A DNA stretch of 64,000 nt, from the NCBI RefSeq assembly GCF_036321535.1, contig NC_087437.1:95482001-95546000 (forward strand). The letters run 5' to 3'. How positions within the stretch are numbered: the first letter of the stretch is position 1; every line of letters begins with the position of its first letter. The position numbers and the translations under genes were made by a program. Positions 1 through 12,660 of this stretch are shown here, piece after piece. The notes below the pieces were generated by a model. The model was not told the origin of the DNA and did not search any database. It saw nothing but the letters and a program-made list of their open reading frames with translations. This stretch comes from Camelus dromedarius (lineage: Eukaryota).

Positions 1-469
1 GAATGTAGGATGGTGAAGAGATTTTGGAGGCCAGGTATGAAATATCCAACATCTACAGATGAAAAGTACTAGATGTAGAAGAATGGATGTGTCTTCTCCA
101 TAGAAAGAGAGATTAAGGATGAATCTTGAGAAATTCTAATTGAAGAAATGGTGGAAACTTGGGTTTACTATTTACTGCCAAATAATCAGTTTATTAAAAA
201 AAATGCAAACAAGTTTCCCTGTTCCCAAGCTACATGCAATTTCCCATCCCTCTCCTCTTTCTTTCTTGAAAAATCCTGTTTTTACCTTTTTTTCCTTGAC
301 TCAGTCTACCAGCTGATTCCCTCACATGTGAGTAAGTTATTTGCCTGCAAATTACCTAAACAGCCTGCAAAATTGCTCATTAAATGTCTCTGAGCTGTTC
401 TTGAATATTCTGAGAAGGTGAGCTGTTAATGATTTTCGAGACTGCACATGAGGCTGTGGGCAGGCAATG

Positions 470-900
470 ATAGAAGAGGCTGCAAAGACAGGCCTGGCCA
501 GATGGTGAAGGCTTGTGTGTTAGACTAGGGAATTTGAAATTCATCTGATCATCTGTATGGAAAAATTGAAACACTTAAAAAAGCAGAATCATGATCAGAA
601 CTGTTCTTTAAAATTACTTAATTAATTCAGTATCTACTTGCTGAGCATCCATACACTGCCAGGATGTGTGCTAAGCAGTGATGGCCAGGCATTTGTGGTG
701 TCTGTTGTCCAGAGGCTAAAAGCTGGTGTGGAGCTAGCCCACCAAAAAGTGCACAAATCACTAAAGATTAGTTATAAACCATGTGAAGTCTTGGGAAGGA
801 AACACATCTAAAGGAGGTATGAAAGATAGATCAGAGGGAAATGATATCAGGAAAGAGGCAACTGCATCAGTCTGGGTAAAAAAATGAGGTGCTGAATTTT
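470..900 (-). mobile_element. Degraded L2 (LINE-2) fragments
   Basis: Antisense L2-like motifs such as 'ggccagatggtgaaggcttgtgtgttagactagggaatttg' and the 3'-end-like 'cttgctgagcatccatacactgccaggatgtgtgctaagc'. Recognised by eye; edges approximate. Confidence 0.55.
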
Positions 901-914
901 AAAAAAGGTCTCAT

Positions 915-1698
915 TATTGAGAATGCTTTTTACCTAAAGATACAGAAATTCCAAGCCAGCAGCTTTTAAAATAAGGAGGTTTATTGTCTCACACAAATAA
1001 ATCCATAAGAAAAAGTCCAGTGTTGTTAATTTAGCAGCCTATCTCAGATGTGATTGAGCACTCAGATGATTACCGTATCTCTTTTTGGATCTCCTAACTA
1101 TGAGGCATTTATCCTGAGGCTTGTCCCCTTGTGGATCAGACAGCTACACGAGCTCTTAAGTATCACAGCATTGCACACCATCCAGAGGACAGAAGGGTGT
1201 CCCTCTGTTTTTCCCCTTTTTATGAGGGTAAGTTTGCCAGATGTCTTCTGACAGACTCTTTCTCATATCTAACTAGCCAGAATTCTGTCAGATAGCCATT
1301 CCTGCACGAATCATTGGTGAGGGTTAAGGAAATACTCTGATTGGTACCTGTGCTGTCTAATAAGGTAGCCATTAGTTACGTGTATCTATTTAACTTTGAT
1401 ATAATTAAATACAACTAAGAATTCATTACATCACTGGCTCCAAGCACGATTTAAATGCATTATCATCAGTGGCTACCATGTTGAACAGTGCAGATTATAA
1501 GTCATTTCCATCACTGCAGAAAGTTCTATTGTGTAGTACTGGTTTAGGTGTATCAGGACTCACATCGTTGGGACCAGAGAGACCCAGTCCTCCCTTGAAC
1601 ATATGCCCTTTGACATGAACAAAATCATGGTTCTCTTAAAAGGATCAAGGGAGTGAGGGAATGAGTATTAAGTGAAAAAACAACAGTGCTGCCAAAAT
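915..1698 (-). mobile_element. MaLR solo LTR (MLT1K/J-like), interrupted by MER3
   Basis: Antisense MLT1-like text 'agcttttaaaataaggaggtttattgtctcacac', 'ctagccagaattctgtca...' and 'aacaaaatcatggttctc'. The minus strand begins 'ttggcagcactgttg'. The halves rejoin across the MER3 as 'cctaaacc|aatcagag'. Confidence 0.7.
1348..1541 (-). mobile_element. MER3 (hAT-Charlie non-autonomous DNA transposon)
   Basis: 'ctgtgctgtctaataaggtagccattagttacgtg...gtggctaccatgttgaacagtgcag...tttccatcactgcagaaagttctattg' matches the reverse complement of the MER3 consensus as I recall it. Confidence 0.85.
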
Positions 1699-1714
1699 TT
1701 TTGTGGGCTGAGAG

Positions 1715-1990
1715 AGACTGTGTGAGATGACTTCAGAGGCTTGAAGCAGCAGGTCTTGGAAACTGATGGACAAGGTGAGAAAGAGGAAGAAGTCTAGGAT
1801 GGCAGTGAGGTTTCTGGCTTGGGTGACTTGGTAGGTGCTGGTCCCATTCACTGAGAAAAGGAATGTAGAGGAGGAGTAGTTGTCAGGCGAAATGATAATG
1901 GAGTTTAGTCATGAGGAGTACAAGGTATACCTGTGGAAAAGAAAGATGAAAATTTCCAGTAGGCAGTGGGCAATCCGAGAAAGCAGTCAT
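1715..1990 (-). mobile_element. L2 fragment
   Basis: Typical antisense L2 text 'gaagtctaggatggcagtgaggtttctggcttgggtgacttggtaggtgctggtcccattcactgaga'. Confidence 0.75.
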
Positions 1991-2845
1991 TTGAGTTTTC
2001 AGCTGTGTGAAAGTATCTGTGGCTCTACTGGAACCTGGAGCAGCATAAGATGAGACACTGAATATGGTCTGGCTTAAAATTGAGTGATTCTTGCTGATAT
2101 TAATTTAAATATGGGGAAAAGACAGTAGAATTGTAACTGACCGTTTCTTTTGATAAGAGCCAGTGTTAAGTAGTAAAGAGATAACGAATAGTGTTTACTG
2201 TTCCAGCACTTGTTCTCTACTGAGATCAGAAGTATTTGCCGTGGTTAAATAAAAGTACCACAAATTACAGTAGACTAACAAATATTTGATCATATACTTG
2301 CTCCCTTTGTGTACAACAGAATATTAGTTACATATTTACTGTTATTCACAAGAATATGTATTTGTTTTCAAACTAAATGTGTATGTCATTGTCACAGTTT
2401 GTCATTTGCTAGAATGGTTTCACTCAGAATATTAAAAATATAGACAATTAAGGGACTGGCTAGCAGTAGTATCTGTTTCATGTTCCTCCAGTTTGCCATT
2501 GAAATTGTCATAAAAGAGAAAAAAGTTTAATGTTGTGTAACACTAGAAATATTGGATCTTCAGTTACGGAAAGAGTACAACAATGTTCCCCATCTGAAGG
2601 CAGAATGAAGAGGAAAAAGTAGAGAAAGGGTAGCTTTGCATTGATCTCCAATGTGCATCCTGCCACACAGATGAACAGAGGAGGCCAACTATGATCAAAG
2701 GACTGCCTATCCCTTCCCACAGTAACTCACGTCCCCCTCAACAAAGTGCTTGGCGTGGCTATGCTTTCTAAGAGAACCAGGCATATTCTGTTTTCTGCTA
2801 TCCACTTGAAATTTCTTTGTAAGTCATTTATTATTGTCTGATATT

Positions 2846-2976
2846 TACATACATACATGCATGCATATATATGATATGTGTACACATATGTGATATGATA
2901 TTATGCATATGTATATATGATGTGTATGCGTATGTGCTATGTGTATGTATGCATATGCATATTTATGTATATACGT
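2846..2976. repeat. Degenerate (TA/TG/CA)n alternating purine-pyrimidine microsatellite
   Basis: Directly visible: 'tacatacatacatgcatgcatatatatgatatgtgtacacatatgtg...'. Confidence 0.9.
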
Positions 2977-4787
2977 AAATTGATGATTTACTTATTATCT
3001 GTCTTTCCCATGAGCATATAAAATCCATGATAGCAAGAAATTTGTTTATATTTGCACTTTAAAATAAAAGAAGATTAACAATTATTGGCTAAATAGGTGC
3101 AGAGAATCTTTAAAATTTATTTTCATCTTGTTTTTTCCTTTTTAGTTTGTCTTGTGATGTATATAAGAAGAAATTTTATTATTTCCTGATTACTTTTACA
3201 AATGCATGATGTGACCTTTATGTATCCCAATGGAGAGACCTATGATTCTAATAGGATGGTGCAATTGCAGTTTGTGTGAAAAGTTGGCAAAAACTAACAC
3301 TAGCTCTGAGAAAATCTGTTGGTAGACAAAGTGCTGTTTGAAAACTCAGGACTTTATACTATAAAGGCACTTGAGATACAGGCAAAAGAGATTTTATGGT
3401 TATTGCTGGGAGGTTTTGTGAAATGATAGTCTCCTCTGGTTCTCAACATAAAACACATATTTGATGATCTATCTAGAAGCTAATTTACTTTTATCTTATT
3501 TCTTTAGTCACGCAAGATAGCATGCCACTAACAAAAACGTTTTCATGCAGCTGTTTTATATAGAGAATGAGTAATAGATACAAAAATCATTAAATGGGAA
3601 ATTTAGACCTCTAAAGCTAATGCAGGAGATGAGCTAGCAAAATTTTGGTTAAGGAAGCAATACTGTATAAATGAGATATACTCATTATCCAGGCCTTTAA
3701 TAAAAGTGGGAAATCACAGGAAAATAAGGCAGGAGGAAAATTGTGTGTTTAATTGTGAAGACTGAGTGTTTATAGGAAGGTAAATAAATAATTGTGGATA
3801 GAATAGGGAGAACTGAGAGATAAGATAGGCTAATTCAGGCTTTTGTTGAGTTAAAAAAAGAAAACAGGACTCTGGAGTCTATTAGTGTTATAGTCATATT
3901 CTCTAGAAAATTAGATTGATAACTTAAAACATGAACTCTTTTGCTTCATTTCTGTTCAGTATGAGCTTAATTTTTTTTGACATTTTGCTTTCTATTTGTT
4001 CATTGTTAGGCAGCATGAATAGAGGAAATGATACAAATTTGAAAGCAGATATTATTTCAAATCAAGCAAATATATCAACTTATTAATTTGTTGACCAAAC
4101 AATTTTAGACAGGCATGTTACTCTGTTTGTATGTATATGTATGTATATTTGTGTGCATTTGAGTCAGAATTTTTCAATTTTTCAGTAGGTATCTTTTATA
4201 AGTGCATATGAAAAGATTTTTATAGATTCAAGGGCTTTGTGTGGCTAATGATGTAGGAGCTACAGATTGTTATAAGTGTATTCACAAACATTTTATGAGA
4301 ATAGCACGTCAGAGAAATTAGGTTAGATATTTGTTGTATTAAAAAGCATTAAACCAGTGCTCAGCTTTTAGGGCGTCCCAGTCAAAGAGCTGAGGAAATC
4401 TCAGTCTTTCATACCTAGAGGTTCTACTAACTCACACATCACGTTAGTCTCAACAGTCTGATTTCCAGCTTCATTGTCATGCAGAATGGGAATGAGAACT
4501 GAGTGGGGGGACCATTTTCTCATACTCTATAAAGTATGCTCGCTCCTGTCTCTCTACCTTGCCCATCACTTAGGATTCATGTATGCAGGACTCTGCCCTC
4601 TCTCCACCAGTGTTCTCAGTATTTGACCTGCAGCTCTCTTTCAGCCACTGGATTCATGAGTTCAGTCCATTTGTGAAGCTGTGATAGTGTAACTGGAAAA
4701 CCATTGTGATGGAAATTCCTTTGTTAAATTTTGTTAATTCTTTTGCTGATCTTCCCCTCAAAAAAATCAATTAAAGAGTAGTTTACT

Positions 4788-5532
4788 GGAACAATCATGA
4801 ATAGCTTCATCAACTGGAACCATATAAATATAACTGGAATATTCTTAAACAAAAGGAAACTGGGGTTTTTTTTTTTAAGTGCAAATTTATTACCAGTCCC
4901 CACAGAGTTTTAATATTTTGATTGTATTGTTAGTCTAACAAAGAGCCTAGCTGACTTTCCTTCTGTAAAGTCCTCCTTGTAGGCTTTTTTAAAGTACTGG
5001 ACATATTTGCAGTTACATTGTGCATAGATTCTTAGTGGGTAGTTTTGTTTTGTCAGGCTACAACAAACTACAGATTTCCTTGTTTGTATTGTAAATGATT
5101 GAATACATTTTGTTAATCTGTTTTTATTCCTATGTTTTGCTATTAAAATTTTTTATAACATTTCCAAGACAAAAAAATTTTTACAAGTTTAAGCTTTGAA
5201 GAACTTATGTAATTAAAATTTCACTGAACTAATCTTTTAGTTGAGTTATTTGGATTTTGACACTTGAGTTGCACGAATAAGCATCAGAAATGTAAGATGC
5301 ACCAACTTGCTACACTACTTGTATTCTTCGGGTGTTTGGGCTTGGGGGTTCTTTGTTTTTTTTTTTTTTAAACTTTTTTCCCCCAAATTTAAGAACCTTA
5401 AATGTACTGTCAGCCTGAGATTGTTGTACAGCTGGATTGCGGTCGATTGCCAGTTTGTGTATTGTTGCTTGGATGCAGCACAGCGGTTGGCCACTCTGGA
5501 ATAAAGGGTGTATGGATCAGGAAAAAAAAAAA
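4788..5532 (+). pseudogene. 5'-truncated processed retrocopy consisting of an mRNA 3' UTR (parent gene not identified)
   Basis: Non-repeat, U-rich, 3'UTR-like sequence ending in AATAAA (5500-5505), a 16-nt spacer and genomic A11 (5522-5532). There is a possible degenerate TSD, 'aaagagtagtttact' (4773-4787, after TT), versus 'aaaaagtattcaacc' at the tail. The 5' boundary is uncertain. Confidence 0.65.
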
Positions 5533-8217
5533 GTATTCAACCTACTTTTCTTAATACTCTCAGGTCAATACTACTTTGAGTTAGTCACCATCTGTGTTTG
5601 AAGTATGTACCTATATGAAACATATATAGCCTTCTACTTTGGGGTGTAATTTTAAAAAGACATTTGGAAAACAGAATGGTGATATGTTTCAGAATAATAA
5701 AATTAAAAATTTAATGATCAAAACAAATCAATTTCAAAAGTGAATTAATAAAATGTATAGGATCGGTTATATGAATCAATCTAATAAAATTTGAAAAGTA
5801 AGATACTCAATTTTCATCAGACACCTACGGGTAAAAATGGAAATAATTGAATCTCCACTTGCTCATGTGTGCTGTGGTGCAATTTGAGTATGAGGGTTAA
5901 ACAGCCACCTGATTTGTAGCAGGGGGCTGACCATGTTTGTGAATGGTGAAAACTGTCCACATAAAAAGGTTTGTGAAAAAATAGCTTTTTCCTAGAAATA
6001 AAGGAAGTGTAGTGATGATTCCACTTGTCCCAATCAAGCTGATCACAAAAAAATTAGAATGAACAACATTTTCAATAAAGGCAAAATCCTGGCACTGTTT
6101 TCTGAAGAAAGGATATTTTGTATTCCAAAAAGCTATACATTTTAAACAAATGACTCTAGTCTTCTGGATTTTTAAAAGTAAAAATTTTATATGTTTCACA
6201 TGACTTTACATATGACAACTCTGGCCAATAGGTGTATATTTGTGATTAATGTGTGCTTTTTATATCTGTGTTTTTTGTGCATTGCATATAGGTGTGAAAT
6301 TTTCAAAATTTCAGAATTTTCCAATGAAATCTTCAGTTTCCCTCCCTGCCAAAACAGTCTTTGTTAGTCTCCTCTCACTTTCCTACTTTCACTGATCCGT
6401 GAGCCAATACAAAGTCAGCTATTGCTTTTTACAACATATGTCTGTGAAGGTCTCTCACTGCACATGTCAAGACAACGCTCTTGAGCATATGTGAGTTATT
6501 TGTCATCAAACAGATTTCATAGTAACAGGTGCATCCACGGGGCCCAAATGTACAAAAAAGACTAATTTCCTTTCTCCTCTTAAAAGACAGTGACTAAAAG
6601 TGATAAGATAATGGCTGGGATCCTAGACAACTAAAAGCTTCCAGCAGATGTAGCTCTTGAAGCTTTTACTAAACACTGGAGGAGCATTATGCAGTCATTG
6701 CAGGCAAATGGGGGAGATGACTGAAAGGTATTAATAAATTCATGCTCTGCTGTTAGAACAATGGAATGTTCAGACGTGAAAGCACCCTTAAATTTGCTCT
6801 CATCCAACCTCCTCATATACTGAGGCCAAAAATAGGATGGATGGTTTGCCTAAACTCAGAAGTTGTACCTACAGGAACCAGGTGTTATGACAACTAGCCC
6901 AGGGTTCTCTGATCCTGACACCACCCCACATTTCTGTTAAAAACCGCAGACATCTTTTTTTTTTTCTTGATCTCTTAACTGGGTAATTTCTTGAATATAG
7001 CTTTCTCCACCCTCTATTCATATTTATTAATTTCCTTTTTGTTACTCCAAATTTGTGAAATGCTCTTTGTGCTTGTATGAAAAAACGTAAAGTACACTAT
7101 AAGCAATGACGTGAAAAGAATATGATCAGGCAGAAATTCTGTGCTGTGCATGTCACACCTGCAGTGTAATAGTATTTTCTCCTGGCAGCATCCATATGAT
7201 CACTTGACACAGAATTAAAAATCAGCAGCTCCAAGAGAGGGGCTATGCAGCTCCCACTAGGCCCTCATCACTGGTGGCTGAGCTCAAGAACACTCACAGT
7301 GAGTGCAAAAATCAGCTCTGAATCTGGCCACTCTGCTGTGTTGTGTCACTTGCTCAGATCATGCATGACAAATCCTCAAATGCGTTTGGTGACATTTAGA
7401 GAGCACTGTGGACTCTGCCAATATGCCAAGCAATCAAGAGTGTGCATGACAAATTATGAAACACATACTGTGAAAATTATGGACCCTGTCACAGTGCCAA
7501 TCTGCTGCTGAAAACCTACTGCTGCTAGAAGTAATGTTGGCACAAATTTGTTGCTAAATTCAGTCGTATTTCTAATTCAGTAATGGATTGATCTTAATGG
7601 TGAGTTGCTGTACCTGTTTAGATTTCAAACAAGTGCTGTGGGGGCTAATGACCTCACCCGCTATTATAGGTAATCGTAGGAGGTGAATACCTTTCCACCA
7701 CTCATCTCTGTGATGGCTTTCATATACCTGTCAGTATCATGCAGGGTCCACCTACAGGCCCCCAAATCTTGGTCTCGTTAAAAATTTTTTGGTTGTAGAT
7801 AAGTATAGGGTAAAAGCTATTTTTGCATACACTAAAACATTGTGGAATATTTACATCTCAACTGCATCTTAACACAGACAACACACTCCTCACCCCTAAG
7901 ATACTTGCCTGAAGAGCTACGAGCAGCAGGAGATTATGAATTGAAGTAGGGGCAGTTCTAAGGGACTCTACTGAAGAAGTGAACAGTTAGACCTTGAATC
8001 AAGTTAGTGCTGACACTTATAAAATCATTACATAAGGTCACTACTAAATAAAAGGTGCTAAAAGAGCTACTTCACAAACCCACAAACGCAAAATAACAAC
8101 AAAACGTTCCAGCAATCCAATGAGAGAATAAGAATATAAAAAATACATTCATGGATACAGTCCCACAAGTGATAGAAATCGGAGTCAAATAATTTGTCCT
8201 TAGAGTGTGTACTTTCT

Positions 8218-8643
8218 TTTCTTTAAATTTATATATATTCTTATTGAGGTATAGTCAGTTTACGATGTTGTGTCAGTTTCCGGTGTACAGCACAATACTT
8301 CAGTCATACAGGAGCATACATATATTCATTTTCATATTCTTTTTAGCTGTATGTTACTGAAAGATACTGAATATCGTTCCCTGTATTATACAATATACCC
8401 TTGTTATTTATCTATTTTATATATAGTAGTGTCTGCAAATCTTGAACTCCCAATTTATTCCTTCCCACCCTCTTCCCCTGCTGGTAACCATGAGTTTGTT
8501 TTCTGTGTCTATGAATCGTTTTCTGTTTTGTAAATAAGTTCGTTTATCTTTATTTATTTATTTATTTATTTATTTAGATTCCACATATAAGTGACATCAT
8601 ACGCTATTTTGCTTTCTCTTTCTGACATTAGAATGTCATTCTC
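8218..8643 (-). mobile_element. 5'-truncated L1 (3' UTR only) with perfect 17-bp TSD
   Basis: Laurasiatherian L1 3' end 'ttattgaggtatagtcagtttacgatgttgtgtcagtttccggtgtacagcac...' with a T-rich tail at the left. TSD 'tagagtgtgtactttct' at 8201-8217 and 8644-8660. Confidence 0.92.
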
Positions 8644-9239
8644 TAGAGTGTGTACTTTCTAGAGATCATCTTTACTGAATTATATGGAAATAATATTTAA
8701 TAATATATAAATGTGAAATGTAACTTTTGGATATTAAATTTATGTTTATAAGGCTGAGTGCTGTAACTTTTTTTTCCTGTACATTTTAACTTTATAGTTG
8801 TGACTTCTGTCTGGATTAGTCTACATTTTATTTATGAGGAAAATGGAATTTTGTGAGGTGATACCACGATGGCTTCTTTTTTAGATACCATATTTTTTAG
8901 AGTTATCTTCAGTAAAACAGACTCCAAACCTTGTTGATCATTAGATGGAATAAAGTGATAATCAATTTCTTAAGTATTTGTATTCTTATCACATTAAAAA
9001 TAAAGTGAATAGTGATCTCCAAAGCCTATTTATATCAGGTTTATTACAGTATGTATGTGTCCCTTGTCTGGCTTTTAATTTTGTTGGCTCTAGATCATCA
9101 GCTGTTTTAGCTGTTGTGTTGACTTATGGAATATACCTATAATTTAGAATTATGTTATTTATGTGTGGATTACTTAAAAATAATTATGGTCAAAACTGCA
9201 TTTTTCTCTATTGAATTAACCCTTTTTATACCTTTATTT

Positions 9240-9382
9240 TATTATTTGTTAGCAGCTTTATTATGTTATGATTCCTATACAATAAATTAAACATATTTCA
9301 GGTGTACTATCTGATGAAATTTGATAGAGGTGTACACCAGTGAAACCGCCACCACAATCAAGATAGCTAACATTCCCATCAT
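9240..9382 (-). mobile_element. Short old L1M 3'-end fragment
   Basis: 'cagctttattatgttatgattcctatacaataaattaaacatatttcaggtgtac...gaaaccgccaccacaatcaagatagctaacattccc'. Flanked by a near-repeat 'tgaattaac...ttttt' that may be a TSD. Confidence 0.7.
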
Positions 9383-10814
9383 TTATCAAGAAGTGCAAGT
9401 TTCTGAATTAACTTTTTTGTGTGGAGCATTTTATATAGAAATCTTGGGCCCCTCAAAAGCATATTAACATTTTCAGCTGATTTTAGTACCAAAAATAAAG
9501 TAAAAGCCCTAATCTAAAAGAAATTTGACAAAATTAATAACTCCTGGATCTGGGGCTACCACCATATGGGTATGGCTCTTTGTGACTAATAGGAAAGGAA
9601 ACAACAAAAAAAGAGGGATGGAAGGAGAAGTCTTTCCAGGACTTTCCCTGCATGATGCATGCTGAGGCTCTGATTTTTAGCTTCTGTCAATACCAGACGT
9701 CTTAAAAAGGAAGCCAAGATGTGCCCTCTGACTCAGTATTCCTTTCCTTCAACAAAAAGTGAAGTTGACAAGGCAACTACCAGCTAGGCTCTCCCAGACT
9801 TCAAGAAGTCTGTCTGAACTGTCAGTTAACAACCCTTCCTTCAGATGATTCATATGAGGATTCCCCAAAATTGAAGAAAGCTGAAGCAAGAATTTAGAAA
9901 TAAGCACAAATCTTACATCTAGGAAATAGTGATGAAAATAGTGAAATGGTTGTGTTTAGCCATCTGATCATTAATTCTCCTAAATATGAGATCTTTCCTT
10001 TTTTTTTTTTTTTTTTTTAAAGCCAAAAGGAGAGTCCAGGAGGCTGACTGGTGCCAAATGAAAAAATGGCAGCACTCCTTCCATCTATGTCTCTGATTAT
10101 AAAACAGCAGGAGAGATCATTAGGGTAGCATACACGTTCTGCTTTGGGGCATATGTCAGGTTCAATACTGGGAGCAGATTTAAGCTTTGCCAAGGATGCC
10201 AAGTACTTCTTCGTGTGACTTCTCCAACAGTGAGATGCTGGGCTTGTGCTGCTGGCAGTTTTGCAGAAAACTGTGGTGGTGAGTGACACAGATGGTGTGG
10301 AGAGTCTGACATTGCATGTTATTTACCAATCAGAAAATGACTCAGTTATTTTATGCACACAATTATAAAGGACCACCTGTACCAGTGTGTGCCGCCTGCT
10401 TGTGGGCAGGAAAAGGGCATGTGACCATGTAAAAGATAAACCCTTGTACTCTTTGTTACATATTTTTATAGTTTTGGCACCACCTTCATTCATATGCAGT
10501 CTGTGAGAATTCAGTAACGTTTCTCCTCCAGTTGGGACTCTGCCCAATGCCATTTGTCTAGATAGAATGCAGTGTGAGGCTACCCTTCTTAAATCCCATT
10601 TTTCTGGATACAGCTCCTGAAATATCAAAATGCTACGTCGTGAAGTGACTTCCTTGTCTAACCTGTAAAGCCTGGCATTCAGACATTACTTGGGTTTACT
10701 TCAGCTATTTAGAAAATACCCTGATTATTTGAAGATTTAATGATGACATTAAATTGTATCCTCTTGGAATTAAAAGTAAGGAAACTAGCATTTTTTCCAC
10801 ACACCTATGTTAAA

Positions 10815-11020
10815 TTCATTAGAGATACTGACTTACGTAATCATCTCAGTAACTCTCTGAGGTAGATAGTGGCATTCCTCTGTACAGATCAAGAATTTGA
10901 GACTTAAAGAATTTAAATAAATGTCCAGGTTCACACAGTTAGTATATGGTAGGGAAAGATTGCATCTCACTGTGTGATTCTAAATTCTGCTCTATTTTCA
11001 CAAAGGTTGATAGATTGCTT
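10815..11020 (-). mobile_element. MIR SINE
   Basis: MIR core-like 'aatcatctcagtaactctctgaggtagatagtggcattcctctgtacagatcaagaatttgagacttaaagaatttaaataaatgtccaggttcacacagttagt'. Confidence 0.7.
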
Positions 11021-11129
11021 TCTCCTGAAACGGCTATCTTATTCTGCCCTTTTCAGGCTGCTGGATTGATTTTATTTCTAAAATGAAAATATCTTTATAG
11101 CTTCCTTGTTTCTGTCCATTGTAAAAAAT

Positions 11130-11950
11130 TAACCATGGAGAAATCTGTAGCAAGTGAAAATTCCGTTGTTACGCTGCTTGCCCTTTCAGCCACCAAATGT
11201 CTCCCTACTGCCAAGAAATAGCTACAGTTAAGACTGGAAAATATATATATTCCAGATTTACCCACAAATGTATAAATATATATTCATAAATGAGATCATG
11301 AAATACATGCTATTTCAGAAGATAATTACTGAATTGTATATTGTGGATTTATAGATCTAAGTCTAGCTCATCCTCTTCTCTTTTTGTAACAGTCTGCTGT
11401 ACTCCATATTATGAAGGATTTCACATTTTGTTTAACCAAGTCCTATTGATGAACATTTGGATGGTTTAAAATTTATTGCTATTTTATACAGTGCTTAATA
11501 AGCATCCCTGATTCTTCTATTAGTTTCTACAGATTCCTGAAAGTGAAAATAATTTGTCAACATGTTAATTTTAAATGTTGATATAAAAGTTATGATTGTC
11601 TTTAGAAATATATCTTTTACAATTTCACCAATATTTAGACATGATTGGTTTTTAAATCTCTGATAAGTAGATAGGTAAAAGAGGGTATTTCATTGTTTTC
11701 TAAATATATCTTTTTAGTAATAAAAAGGCAGAGCAGCTTTTTCATATTTTTATTGGTCATTTCTGTCCATCTTGTTGGATTGCTTTTTCATGTTCTTTGG
11801 CCATTTGAAATTTTGCTACTTTTTTCTTATTTTTCAGGAACATCTTTTACAATAATATTGTTATTGCTATGCATATTGTTTTATAGATATTAAATATATA
11901 ATATATGATCACTTATTATGAATATATTCCTAATTTGTCATGCATTTTTG
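11130..11950 (-). mobile_element. Highly degraded L1ME-type fragments
   Basis: Antisense L1 3'-region motifs 'tttaaccaagtcctattgatgaacatttggatggttt' and 'ttttcatatttttattggtcatt'. Confidence 0.55.
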
Positions 11951-12240
11951 TACTAGCTTAAAATTTTTTGAATAATAAGTTATATTTTATAAACAACTTT
12001 CAAATGTATAAAATAGAAGATAAAATCTAAGTATATCAGCAGAAGTCTTTTTAGCCATATCTTTTCCCATTGCCGTATTCTACTTATACCTGTTATTAAT
12101 AGTTTCTTATGTATTATTTTTAAACACCTTTATTGTGGTACCTTTATATAGAGTAAACAGCATTTTGTTGATCACAGTATGATAAAGCATAACCAAAATT
12201 GAGCTGGTCAGTCTGTCCGTCATTCCCAAAAGTATCCTAG

Positions 12241-12299
<59 letters not shown>

Positions 12300-12302
12300 T
12301 TG
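12241..12302. repeat. (TTTA)n microsatellite, probably derived from a poly(A) tail
   Basis: Visible (ttta/tttta)n tract, with a minus-strand AATAAA (tttatt at 12316-12321) just beyond it. Confidence 0.9.
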
Positions 12303-12660
12303 TAAGTAAATGATCTTTATTCACGTATTTTCACAAATCAGTAGAAACACTTATTGAGAACTTCTAATGAGTCAGACACTGAGAATTATTTCCATTTTAC
12401 AGATTAGGACACAAAGGCTTAGAAGGTCTCCAATTCATGATTACAAAATTATGTTTGTAACTTTATATGTCCTCTTTCTGCCCAAATACCTATTGAATAG
12501 CGATCATTAGAAAACAGAGAGAATAAGTGTGTTCAATTCTGACGAGATGGGTAACCTAGTTGTCATGAGTTCTTCAATCAGCCTTCCCAAACTCTGCCCA
12601 GAGTCCTTATTTATTACAGATTGATTTCTGATGACTTCTCAAGTGTCTACCTTAAAAAAT

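Noticed and set aside
10017..10330. Poly-T + AG acceptor-like site and overlapping minus-strand ORFs
   Set aside because: No matching donor with an open frame, and no known peptide.
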